The notes below the pieces were generated by a model, which searched no databases, was not told the origin of the DNA, and saw nothing but the letters and a program-made list of their open reading frames with translations. Of a stretch of DNA of 34,016 bases, positions 24,933 through 34,016 are shown one piece after another. Position 1 is the stretch's first letter, and every line of letters begins with the position of its first letter. Position numbers and translations under genes: made by a program. The DNA comes from a virus (Duplodnaviria > Heunggongvirae > Uroviricota > Caudoviricetes), in IMG/VR virus record IMGVR_UViG_2521172734_000003. The stretch is one strand, 5' to 3'.

Positions 24933-26434
24933 TGGCAATTATTGATGATGTGATAGGCGTGTTTTCCCCCGGCTGGAAAGCAGCCAGACTGCGTTCAAGG
25001 GCGTTAATCATGGCCTATGAGGCGGTGAAACCGACCCGGACACATAAAGCCCGGCGGGAAAATCGCTCTGCTGATCAGCTCAGTAAATACGGTGCGGTTT
25101 CCCTGCGGGAGCAGGCCCGTTTTCTGGATATCAATCATGACCTGGTGATTGGTGTGTTTGACAAGCTGGAAGAGCGGGTGATTGGTGCCAGGGGAATTAT
25201 TGTGGAGCCTCAGCCATTACGAAAAAACGGGGAAATGGCGGCAGAGCTGGCTGCGGATATCCGCCGGTTGTGGGCTGAGTGGTCCGTGAGTCCGGATGTG
25301 ACAGGGCAGTATACCCGTCCCGTGCTTGAACGTTTACTGCTGCGGACCTGGCTGCGGGATGGTGAAGTGTTTGCGCAGATGGTCAGTGGTGCGGGAAACG
25401 GTCTGGAACGGACGGCGGGAGTGCCATTCTGGCTTGAGGCGATGGAGCCGGATTTTGTTCCCATGCGCACTGATGAATCCGCCGGACTGAATCAGGGGGT
25501 TTTTCTTGATGAGTGGGGAAGGCCGAAAAAATATCTGGTTTATAAAAATTATCCGGTCAGCGGCCGGCAGAGTGATACGAAAGAAATCGCTGCCGGAAAA
25601 ATGATCCACCTGAAGTTCACTCGTCGTCTGCATCAGACGAGAGGCTCATCCATGTTATCGGGGGTGCTGATGCGGATTAGTGCCCTTAAGGAGTATGAGG
25701 ATGCGGAACTCACTGCGGCGCGTATTGCCGCGGCGCTGGGACTGTATATCCGTAAAGGTGACGGGCAGGACTATGAAGAGCCGGGGATCAAAGAAACCGA
25801 CCGGGAAGTCCATATCACCCCGGGTATTATTTATGACGATTTGCGCAAGGGCGAGGATATCGGCATGGTCAAATCAGACCGTCCCAATCCCAACCTTGAA
25901 ACTTTCCGCAACGGCCAGTTGCGTGCAGTGGCAGCGGGCAGTCGTCTGAGTTTTTCCAGTGCGGCGCGTAACTATAACGGCACCTACAGTGCCCAGCGGC
26001 AGGAGCTGGTCGAGTCCACGGATGGTTACCTGATCCTGCAGGACTGTTTTATTGGCGCGGTAACCCGTCCGGTGTACCGGACATGGCTGAATATGGTGGT
26101 TGCGGCAGGTCTGCTGAAAATTCCGGCGGATGTGGAGATGAAAACGCTATATAACGCGACGTATTCCGGTCCGGTGATGCCGTGGATCGACCCGGTTAAG
26201 GAAGCTGAAGCCTGGAGAATTCAGATCCGGGGTGGTGCAGCGACAGAATCTGACTGGGTGCGTGCCGGCGGGCGCAATCCGGATGAGGTCAAACGTCGCC
26301 GCAAGGCTGAAATTGATGAAAACAGCAGACTGGGGCTGGTCTTTGATACTGACCCCGTCAACGACAAAGGAGGCAACAGTGCCGGAACTGAACAACAGCG
26401 TCAGCAGGCCACCGACAGCCAGCATGAAGAATAA
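24932..26434 (+). CDS. Portal protein (lambda gpB family)
   Basis: 500 aa immediately after W with overlapping stop/start (TAATGG); position between terminase/W and the protease-capsid gene. Confidence 0.75.
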   Translation: MAIIDDVIGVFSPGWKAARLRSRALIMAYEAVKPTRTHKARRENRSADQLSKYGAVSLREQARFLDINHDLVIGVFDKLEERVIGARGIIVEPQPLRKNGEMAAELAADIRRLWAEWSVSPDVTGQYTRPVLERLLLRTWLRDGEVFAQMVSGAGNGLERTAGVPFWLEAMEPDFVPMRTDESAGLNQGVFLDEWGRPKKYLVYKNYPVSGRQSDTKEIAAGKMIHLKFTRRLHQTRGSSMLSGVLMRISALKEYEDAELTAARIAAALGLYIRKGDGQDYEEPGIKETDREVHITPGIIYDDLRKGEDIGMVKSDRPNPNLETFRNGQLRAVAAGSRLSFSSAARNYNGTYSAQRQELVESTDGYLILQDCFIGAVTRPVYRTWLNMVVAAGLLKIPADVEMKTLYNATYSGPVMPWIDPVKEAEAWRIQIRGGAATESDWVRAGGRNPDEVKRRRKAEIDENSRLGLVFDTDPVNDKGGNSAGTEQQRQQATDSQHEE

Positions 26435-28403
26435 ATCCTGGTTCAGGATGCAGGCGGGTGGTCAGGGTGAGGCGGATATTTATATTTATGACGAGATTGG
26501 TTTCTGGGGAGTTACCGCGAAGCAGTTTGTCAGCGATATGAATGCCCTGGGTGATATCACCCACATTAATCTCCACATCAACTCACCGGGTGGCGATGTC
26601 TTTGAAGGCATCGCCATTTTTAATGCCCTGAAAAATCACGGTGCGGCCATTACCGTGTATGTGGATGGCGTTGCCGCCTCGATGGCATCCCTGATTGCGA
26701 TGGCCGGTGACACGGTCATTATGCCGGAAAATGCCTTCATGATGATCCATAAACCCTGGGGGATCAGCGGTGGTGATGCGGAGAAAATGCGCACTTATGC
26801 CGAACGTCTGGACAAACTTGAGTCGGTTATGGTGCCGGTATATGCGCAGAAAACCGGAAAAACTACCGATGAAATTGCCGCCATGCTGGCGGATGAGACC
26901 TGGATGTCCGGTGCCGAGTGTCTGGCACACGGATTTGCAGACCAGGTGACGCCAGCCGTTAAGGCAATGGCATGTATTCAGTCAAAACGTACAGAGGAAT
27001 TTAAAAAGATGCCGGAATCCATCCGAAATATGATCACGCAGCCATACAACAGTGCCCCGCGTGATACCACAGTGACAATCCCTGCACCGGCGGTAACAGA
27101 ACCATCACCGGTACCGGCAGTGTCTGATGAGGCGACCATTCGCGCCCGCGTTATGGCAGAACAGAAAGCCCGCATGTCAGGCATTAACGATCTGTTTGCC
27201 ATGTTCGGCGGTCGCTATCAGACGCTTCAGGCACAGTGCGTGGCTGATCCTGACTGTTCGCTGGAAATGGCCCGTGAACGTCTGCTGAATGAAATGGGCA
27301 AGGAGTCCTCGCCGACCAACAAAAATACACCGGCTCATATTTATGCCGGAAACGGCAATTTTGTGGGGGACGGGATCCGCCAGGCGATGCTGGCCCGTGC
27401 CGGATTTGAAAATGTCGAGAAGGATAACGCCTATAACGGGATGACCCTGCGTGAATGGGCTCGCATGTCACTGACGGAGCGCGGTATTGGGGTGGCCAGT
27501 TATAACCCCATGCAGATGGTCGGGCTGGCGCTGACGCACAGCACCTCTGATTTTGGCAATATTCTGCTGGATGTGTCGAACAAGGGGCTGATCCAGGGCT
27601 GGGAGGAATCAGAAGAAACCTTCCAGAAGTGGACCCGTAAGGGACGCCTGTCAGACTTCAAAACAGCGTATCGCGTGGGGATGGGCGGTTTTGGTTCTCT
27701 GCGCCAGGTTCGTGAGGGGGCGGAGTATAAATACATCACCACCTCAGATCGCAAGGAGACCATTGCACTGGCCACTTACGGGGAGATTTTCTCCATCACC
27801 CGCCAGGCCATTATCAATGATGATCTGAATATGCTGGTGGACGTGCCGATGAAGATGGGGCGTGCGGCGAAGGCAACGATTGGTGACCTGGTTTACAAGG
27901 TGCTGACGGATAACCCGAAACTGTCAGACGGTAAGGCGCTGTTCCATGCCGATCACAAAAATATTGCCACCGGTGGGATTTCCGTTTCCGGACTGGATGC
28001 GGCCCGTCAGATGATGCGCCTGCAGAAAGAAGGCGATCGCGCCCTGAATATCCGTCCGGCCTTTATGCTGGTACCGGTGGCACTGGAGACGGTGGCGAAC
28101 CAGACCATCAAATCGGCCAGTGTGAAAGGGGCGGATGCAAACGCCGGTGTCATTAACCCCATCCAGAACTTTGCTGAGGTGATTGCAGAAGCGCGTCTTG
28201 ATGCGGCAGATCCGAAAACCTGGTATCTGGCGGCGGCACAGGGCACTGACACCATTGAAGTGGCCTGGCTGGATGGTGTGGACACGCCATACATTGATCA
28301 GCAGGATGGTTTCACCACTGACGGCATTGCCACAAAAATCCGTATTGATGCCGGAGTGGCACCACTTGACTGGCGCGGGCTGGTGCGTTCGTCGGTGGCC
28401 TGA
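26379..28403 (+). CDS. Fused prohead protease (ClpP/S49-like) - scaffold - major capsid protein
   Basis: GTG 26379 with AAAGGAGG SD 5 nt upstream (the track's 26232 start would overlap the portal by 200 nt); N-terminal ClpP-like GPGGDVFEGIAIFNAL; long C-terminal region in the major-capsid position. Confidence 0.65.
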   Translation: MPELNNSVSRPPTASMKNKSWFRMQAGGQGEADIYIYDEIGFWGVTAKQFVSDMNALGDITHINLHINSPGGDVFEGIAIFNALKNHGAAITVYVDGVAASMASLIAMAGDTVIMPENAFMMIHKPWGISGGDAEKMRTYAERLDKLESVMVPVYAQKTGKTTDEIAAMLADETWMSGAECLAHGFADQVTPAVKAMACIQSKRTEEFKKMPESIRNMITQPYNSAPRDTTVTIPAPAVTEPSPVPAVSDEATIRARVMAEQKARMSGINDLFAMFGGRYQTLQAQCVADPDCSLEMARERLLNEMGKESSPTNKNTPAHIYAGNGNFVGDGIRQAMLARAGFENVEKDNAYNGMTLREWARMSLTERGIGVASYNPMQMVGLALTHSTSDFGNILLDVSNKGLIQGWEESEETFQKWTRKGRLSDFKTAYRVGMGGFGSLRQVREGAEYKYITTSDRKETIALATYGEIFSITRQAIINDDLNMLVDVPMKMGRAAKATIGDLVYKVLTDNPKLSDGKALFHADHKNIATGGISVSGLDAARQMMRLQKEGDRALNIRPAFMLVPVALETVANQTIKSASVKGADANAGVINPIQNFAEVIAEARLDAADPKTWYLAAAQGTDTIEVAWLDGVDTPYIDQQDGFTTDGIATKIRIDAGVAPLDWRGLVRSSVA

Positions 28404-28490
28404 TAACCGAGTTATCACAATCACTGCCCGAAAGGGCTTTTTTTATGCCTGAAAAACAGCCCCACAGGGGCTGTCCGGAGAAACAGCATT

Positions 28491-28817
28491 ATGGCGAAAA
28501 ATTTTGTACAGGACGGTACCACCATTGAACTGGTGAATGCCGGAGATCAGACCATCCTGAGCGGTGCTGCGGTGGTGGTCGGCAGTATGGTGGCCGTGGC
28601 CATTACCGATATTCCTGCCGGTGATGCCGGTGACGGTTTTGCCGAAGGCGTGTTCCTTCTGCCCAAACAGTCTGCTGACGACATTCAGTCCGGCGCGGTG
28701 GTTTATCTGAAGGACGGGGTTGTGCAGCTGGCTGCAGAGGGTGCGGTGGCCGCGGGGGTAGCCTGGGAAAATGCTCCTGCAAACAGCGCCACTGTGGCGG
28801 TAAAAATCAATGTCTGA
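28491..28817 (+). CDS. Small head-associated protein (DUF2190-like, possible decoration protein)
   Basis: 108 aa, Ala/Gly/Val-rich, immediately downstream of the capsid gene; preceded by a strong hairpin (28458-28476). Confidence 0.4.
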   Translation: MAKNFVQDGTTIELVNAGDQTILSGAAVVVGSMVAVAITDIPAGDAGDGFAEGVFLLPKQSADDIQSGAVVYLKDGVVQLAAEGAVAAGVAWENAPANSATVAVKINV

Positions 28818-29091
28818 TCTGTTTACGCGAATGTGTTGCCGGATGGACGGGGCGACCGTTCGGGTGATGGGCAAACAGGCGGAGATTAACGGCGTCGTGT
28901 ATGACGTGATGCCGGAGGAAGAGTCCGCGGAGATGGGGGCGCTTTCGGGCAGCCAGTTGTCACTGGTGGTGTTTTCAGCCCGGTACCGTCCGGCCCGTCA
29001 TGATGTTGTTGTGTTTGCGGGGCGCACACTGACGGTGACCCGTTATGACACGTACAACGGTAAACCCCGGATTTTTGTCGAACAGGAATGA
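28810..29091 (+). CDS. Head-tail joining protein (gpFII-like)
   Basis: 93 aa; pattern resembles lambda FII (GVVYDVMPEEES...QLSLVVFSARYRPARHDVVVFAGRTLTV vs GVFDDPENIS...PSLFVRTDEVRQLRRGDTLTIG). Confidence 0.5.
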   Translation: MSDLFTRMCCRMDGATVRVMGKQAEINGVVYDVMPEEESAEMGALSGSQLSLVVFSARYRPARHDVVVFAGRTLTVTRYDTYNGKPRIFVEQE

Positions 29092-29717
29092 GTATGGCAA
29101 TAAAAGGTCTGGCGCAGGCCATGAAAAATCTGGATGCAATTGACCGCCGTGCCGTTCCCCGGGCTGCCGCCACGACACTTAACCGTGTGGCGGAGTCCAT
29201 CATCGCGAAAACGGCCTCTTCGGTTGCCAGGGAGCTGGCGGTTCCGCGCCGTCTCATCCGTGAGCGTATCCGCCTGCAACGGGCCAGCGCAGACAGGGTT
29301 TATGCGAAGGTCATCATCAACACCGGTAATCTGCCCGCCATAAAACTGGGGACGGCCAGCGTGCGGCTTTCCCGCAGAAAGCGACGAAAGAAAGGCGAGC
29401 GTTCGGTCACGAAAGGGGGCGGCAGTGTGCTGATTGTGGGGAAAAGACGGATCCCGGACGCCTTTATCACCCGGCTGGCTAACGGACGCTGGCATGTGAT
29501 GCAGCGTATGCCGTGGGCACCATCGTCCACCGGTGCTGACAGCAAAGGGAGGCCGAAACGCCACCGTCTGCCGATTGAAGTGGTGAAAATTCCGACTGCC
29601 GGACCGCTGGCAGAAACCTTTGAACGTGAACGGGACCGGATGTACCGGGAAAAATTACCGGCGCAGATGATGAAAGCCATGACGCATCAGTTACGCCTGG
29701 TGCTGAAAAGAAAATGA
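29088..29717 (+). CDS. Tail completion protein (gpZ-like)
   Basis: 209 aa basic protein between FII-like and U, as in lambda. Confidence 0.6.
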   Translation: MSMAIKGLAQAMKNLDAIDRRAVPRAAATTLNRVAESIIAKTASSVARELAVPRRLIRERIRLQRASADRVYAKVIINTGNLPAIKLGTASVRLSRRKRRKKGERSVTKGGGSVLIVGKRRIPDAFITRLANGRWHVMQRMPWAPSSTGADSKGRPKRHRLPIEVVKIPTAGPLAETFERERDRMYREKLPAQMMKAMTHQLRLVLKRK

Positions 29718-29729
29718 CAGGGAGGGTGT

Positions 29730-30128
29730 ATGAAACACCGTGAAATACGGACGGCAGTTCTGTCTGCCCTGAAAGACAATATTTCTGAGCGGGTGAGCTG
29801 GTTTGACGGCCGCCCGGTTTTTATTGATGAACAGGAACTGCCTGCTGTTGCTGTTTACCTGACTGATGCGTCTGCTGCTGACGAGTTCGTTGATGAGGGG
29901 ACCTGGGAGGCGACACTGCATATTGAAGTTTTTCTCAGGGCAAAAGAACCGGACTCGGCACTGGATATGTGGATGGAAGAGAAAATCCTTCCTGCGCTGG
30001 AGGCGGTTCCCGGCCTCAGTGCGTTACTGCTGAAGATGAATCTTCAGGGGTATGACTACCGCCGGGATGATGAGTTTATGATGTGGGGATCGGCAGATCT
30101 CCTGTGGAAAATTACCTACGAGATGTGA
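29730..30128 (+). CDS. U: Tail terminator protein gpU
   Basis: 132 aa; near-collinear with recalled lambda U (MKHTELRAAVLDAL...GYDYRRDD...ITYEM). Confidence 0.9.
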   Translation: MKHREIRTAVLSALKDNISERVSWFDGRPVFIDEQELPAVAVYLTDASAADEFVDEGTWEATLHIEVFLRAKEPDSALDMWMEEKILPALEAVPGLSALLLKMNLQGYDYRRDDEFMMWGSADLLWKITYEM

Positions 30129-30135
30129 GGACGAT

Positions 30136-30882
30136 ATGGCAATACCAAATCCTCTTGAGCCGGTGAAAGGTTCCGGCACCACACTATGGGTGTACACCGG
30201 CAAGGATGATGCTTATGCCAACCCGTTGTCAGATGATGGCTGGCAGCGACTGGCTAAGGTGAAGGATCTGACGCCGGGCGAGATGACGGCTGAATCCTAC
30301 GATGATAACTACCTGGATGATGAAGACGCGGACTGGACCGCGACCGGGCAGGGACAGAAATCTGCAGGTGATACCAGTTTTACGCTGGCCTGGAAACCGG
30401 GAGAGGAAGGCCAGAAAGGGCTTATAGGCTGGTTTGAAAGCGGCGATGTCCGGGCCTATAAAATCCGTTTTCCGAATGGCATGGTGGATGTGTTTCGTGG
30501 CTGGGTCAGCAGTATCGGTAAGGCCGTGACGGCGAAAGAAGTGATCACCCGCACGGTGAAAGTCACTAACGTGGGTAAACCTTCTGTAGCGGAAGAACGC
30601 AGCAAAATTACGCCGGTCACTGCAATTAAGGTAACGCCGACAGGTACGGTTGAAAAAGGGAAAACAACCACCCTGACCGTTACTGTGGAACCGGAAAATG
30701 CAACGGATAAGACATTCAGGGCGATTTCCGCCGATCCATCAAAAGCCACCATTAGCGTGAAAGATATGACGATTACTGTGACGGGGGTTAAGGATGGAAA
30801 AGTCAGCATCCCTGTGATTTCCGGTAATGGTCAGTTTGCTGCGGTGGCTGAAATTACCGTTAATAATGTGCCGGGTGGCTAA
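30136..30882 (+). CDS. V: Major tail protein gpV with C-terminal Ig-like domain
   Basis: 248 aa; long identical runs with recalled lambda V ([71 protein letters not shown]). Confidence 0.9.
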   Translation: MAIPNPLEPVKGSGTTLWVYTGKDDAYANPLSDDGWQRLAKVKDLTPGEMTAESYDDNYLDDEDADWTATGQGQKSAGDTSFTLAWKPGEEGQKGLIGWFESGDVRAYKIRFPNGMVDVFRGWVSSIGKAVTAKEVITRTVKVTNVGKPSVAEERSKITPVTAIKVTPTGTVEKGKTTTLTVTVEPENATDKTFRAISADPSKATISVKDMTITVTGVKDGKVSIPVISGNGQFAAVAEITVNNVPGG

Positions 30883-30900
30883 AGAGCTGAGAGATAAGCG

Positions 30901-31332
30901 ATGTTCCTGAAAACAGAACAATTTGAATATAACGGTGTATCCGTCACGCTTTCTGAGCTGTCTGCGCTGCAGCGTATTGAGCATCTTGCCCTCCTGAAAC
31001 GGCGGGCAGAAGAGGCTGAAGCCAGCGGCAACCTGCAGGTGAGTGTGGAAGATCTTGTCAGAACCGGCGCGTTTCTGGTGGCGATGTCCCTGTGGCATAA
31101 CCATCCACAGAAAACGCAGTCACCGTCAATGAATGAGGCCGTGATGAAGATAGAGCAGGAAGTGCTCACCACCTGGCCTGCCGATGCCATTGCCCGGGCG
31201 GAAGACGTGGTGTTGTGCCTGTCCGGGATGATCGAAGCTGTTCGTCCGGATACTGATATTACTGAAGTGGCGAAAAATAACACGCTGACTGATGATGATT
31301 TTTCTGCGGGAAAGTCTTCGACGGTGAGCTGA
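30901..31332 (+). CDS. G: Tail assembly chaperone gpG
   Basis: 143 aa; MFLKTE.FE.NGV.VTLSELSALQRIEHLAL.KR...TGAFLVAMSLWHNHPQKTQ matches recalled lambda G; slippery heptamer GGGAAAG near the 3' end. Confidence 0.9.
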   Translation: MFLKTEQFEYNGVSVTLSELSALQRIEHLALLKRRAEEAEASGNLQVSVEDLVRTGAFLVAMSLWHNHPQKTQSPSMNEAVMKIEQEVLTTWPADAIARAEDVVLCLSGMIEAVRPDTDITEVAKNNTLTDDDFSAGKSSTVS

Positions 31333-31763
31333 ACTTTGCCCTCAGACTGGCGCGTGAGATGGGGAGACCCGACTGGCGCGCCATGCTTGCCGGGATGACA
31401 TCCACCGAATATGCCGACTGGCACCGTTTTTACCGCACGCATTATTTTCAGGATACCCAGCTGGATATGCATTTTTCCGGGCTGACGTACGCTGTACTTA
31501 GCCTGTTTTTTTGCGATCCCGATATGCATCCCTCTGATTTCAGTCTGCTGGCACCCCGACGTGATGATGAGCAGACGGAGATGCCGGATGAGGACGATAT
31601 GCTGATGCGGAAAGCGGCAGGTCTTTCTGGTGGTGTCCGCTTTGGGGCTGACGGGAAGGAAATCGTTATGGTCAGTGATGACATGCGGAGCAGTACAGAG
31701 GATGAAGCCATGCTGATGATGGTGTCTGAGGGAATTCCAGGAGGTGTACGCTATGGCGGGTAA
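31313..31763 (+). CDS. T: gpT domain, expressed as G-T fusion by programmed -1 frameshift at GGGAAAG (31308-31314)
   Basis: Slippery G GGA AAG in X XXY YYZ register relative to the G frame; the -1 frame continues open to 31763 and encodes the ORF listed at 31359-31763. Confidence 0.8.
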
Positions 31764-34016
31764 TTTTGCCGATCTGACAGCTGTTCTTACACTGGATTCA
31801 ACCCGTTTTTCTGAAGAGGCTGCACGGGTAAAGAAAGAACTGGGTGAAACCAGTGACCTTGCGGATTTGATGGCCGGGCGTGTCAGCCAGTCTTTTAAGA
31901 AACAGGCCGCTGCTGTTGAGCAGGGGCTGAGCCGTCAGGCGCTGGCTGCACAAAAAGCCGGGATTTCCGTCGGGCAGTATAAAGCGGCCATGCGAACCCT
32001 GCCCGCACAGTTTACGGATATCGCCACGCAGCTTGCCGGTGGTCAGAATCCCTGGCTGATCCTGCTGCAACAGGGCGGTCAGGTGAAGGACTCCTTCGGC
32101 GGGATGATCCCCATGTTCAGGGGGCTTGCCGGTGCGATCACCCTGCCGATGGTCGGGGTCACCTCGCTGGCGGTGGCGACAGGTGCGCTGGTGTACGCCT
32201 GGTACCAGGGAGATTCCACGCTTTCAGCGTTTAATAAAACCCTGGTTCTTTCCGGTAATCAGTCCGGACTGACTGCCGATCGTATGCTGACTCTCTCAAG
32301 AGCCGGGCAGGCAGCAGGGCTGACGTTTAACCAGGCGAGAGAGTCACTGGCAGCCCTGGTGAATGCCGGTGTGCGTGGTGGTGAACAGTTTGATGCCATC
32401 AACCAGAGTGTCGCGCGTTTTGCGTCTGCATCCGGTGTGGAGGTGGATAAAGTCGCTGAAGCCTTCGGGAAGCTGACCACTGACCCGACGTCGGGACTGA
32501 TGGCGATGGCGCGCCAGTTCCGTAACGTGACGGCAGAGCAGATTGCGTATGTTGCACAGCTGCAGCGTTCCGGAGACGAGGCCGGGGCATTGCAGGCGGC
32601 GAACGATATCGCCACGAAAGGCTTTGATGAGCAGACCCGTCGCCTGAAAGAAAACATGGGAACACTGGAGACCTGGGCGGATAAAACAGGGAAGGCATTC
32701 AAATCGATGTGGGATGCCATTCTGGATATCGGTCGTCCTGAATCCTCAGCGGATATGCTCGTCAGTGCGCAGAAGGCATTTGATGAGGCGGATAAAAAAT
32801 GGCAGTGGTACCAGAGCCGGAGCCAGCGCCGGGGAAAGACCTCCTCTTTTCGTGCCATCCTTCAGGGCGCATGGGATGACCGGGAAAATGCCCGTCTGGG
32901 TCTGGCAGCGGCCACGCTGCAGTCGGATATGGAAAAAGCCGGTGAACTGGCGGCAAGGGACCGGGCTGAGCGTGAGGCGTCACAGCTGAAGTATACCGGA
33001 GAGGCGCAGAAGGCGTATGAGCGCCTGCTGACGCCACTGGAGAAATATACCGCCCGGCAGGAAGAGCTGAATAAGGCCCTGAAAGACGGGAAAATCCTGC
33101 AGGCGGATTACAACACGCTGATGGCGTCGGCAAAAAAGGATTATGAGTCGACGCAGAAAAAGCCGTCCGGTGTGAAGGTGTCTGCCGGTGAGCGCCAGGA
33201 AGACCAGGCGCATGCAGCCCTGCTGGCGCTTGAAACTGAGCTCAGGACGCTGGAGAAGCACAGCGGTGCGAATGAAAAAATCAGCCAGCAGCGCCGTGAT
33301 TTATGGAAAGCGGAAAATCAGTATGTGGTCCTGAAAGAGGCCGCCACGAAACGGCAGTTATCTGAGCAGGAAAAATCCCTGCTGGCTCATGAGAAAGAGA
33401 CGCTGGAGTACAAACGCCAGCTGGCTGAGCTGGGAGACAAGATTGAACACCAGAAGCGGCTGAATGAGCTGGCACAGCAGGCGGCGCGGTTTGAACAGCA
33501 GCAAAGCGCGAAGCAGGCGGCAATCAGCGCAAAAAGCCCGCGGCCTCACCGACCGTCAGGCGCAGCGGGAGTCGGAAGAGCAGCGCCTTCGTGAGGTGTA
33601 CGGTGATAATCCGGCTGCGCTGGCGAAGGCCACATCGGCACTGAAGAACACCTGGTCTGCGGAGGAGCAGCTTCGTGGAAGCTGGATGGCCGGGATGAAG
33701 TCCGGCTGGGGCGAGTGGGCGGAAAGTGCGACGGACAGTTTTTCGCAGGTTAAAAAACGCGGCCACGCAGACCTTTGATGGTATTGCACAGAATATGGCG
33801 GCGATGCTGACCGGCAGTGAACAGAACTGGCGCAGCTTCACCCGTTCCGTGCTGTCCATGATGACAGAAATTCTGCTTAAGCAGGCAATGGTGGGGATTG
33901 TCGGGAGTATCGGCAGCGCCATTGGCGGGGCTGTTGGTGGCGGCGCATCCGCGTCAGGCGGTACAGCCATTCAGGCCGCTGCGGCGAAATTCCATTTTGC
34001 AACCGGAGGATTTACG
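31753..34016 (+). CDS. H: Tail tape measure protein gpH homologue, 3'-partial at window end; reading frame interrupted twice (+1 shifts near 33537 and 33755)
   Basis: Long identical stretches with recalled lambda H; tape-measure-like sequence continues across three frames (31744-33594, 33464-33778, 33771 onward). ATG 31753 is 9 nt after an AGGAGG SD. Confidence 0.7.

Noticed and set aside
26232-26378. N-terminal extension of the protease-capsid ORF back to ATG 26232
   Set aside because: Would overlap the portal gene by about 200 nt; a GTG with a strong AAAGGAGG SD at 26379 is the better start.
32259-33549. Minus-strand ORFs (199, 123, 93, 80 aa) within the tape-measure gene
   Set aside because: Antisense to a gene closely matching lambda H; Ala/Pro/Arg-rich translations from GC-rich antisense frames.
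1-34016. CRISPR arrays, IS elements or transposases, and known multi-gene defence systems (RM with endonuclease, Abi, CBASS, retron, TA pairs other than hok)
   Set aside because: No regularly spaced direct repeats with unique spacers, no transposase-like ORF or terminal inverted repeats, and no ORF with the hallmark motifs I can recognise by eye; the absence of remote homologues cannot be established without profile searches.

Overview
This window reads as the left two-thirds of a mosaic lambdoid prophage, almost certainly from Escherichia/Shigella, running from the integrase (left end, attL outside the window) to a partial tail tape-measure gene. No tools were run: all homology calls come from reading the translations and recalling family sequences, so every call needs a database search to confirm. 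Layout (1-based, + strand): int/xis (1-1240, -); a large exonuclease-like early gene (1308-3779, -); a Qin-like dicB operon ydfA-ydfB-ydfC-dicF-dicB-ydfD (3871-5320, -); an immunity region with a DicA/RacR-like repressor, a Cro/YdaS-like and a YdaT-like gene, and repeated ATGTACT operator heptamers (5496-6793); an O-like replication gene with internal iteron-like repeats; a nin-like block with a small methyltransferase, two small hydrophobic peptides and a Hok toxin; YdfU(DUF968)-RusA-Q; a lambda-like PR' late promoter; a second methyltransferase; three tRNAs (CAT, TCG, TCT); the prophage sialate O-acetylesterase NanS-p; a lysis cassette (S21-like pinholin, SAR endolysin, Rz/Rz1) interrupted by unusual inserts; a lambda-like cos region; terminase Nu1/A, W, portal, a protease-capsid fusion; and lambda-like tail genes FII, Z, U, V, G/GT (-1 frameshift) and H. 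The late region has the Q-tRNA-nanS-lysis architecture of Stx phages but no stx genes. The best candidates for something undescribed are the two-gene insert between holin and endolysin (18772-19902), the four small hydrophobic ORFs between endolysin and Rz (20720-21205), and the Hok toxin with two adjacent small hydrophobic peptides (10799-11424). I found no recognisable known defence system, CRISPR array or transposase.
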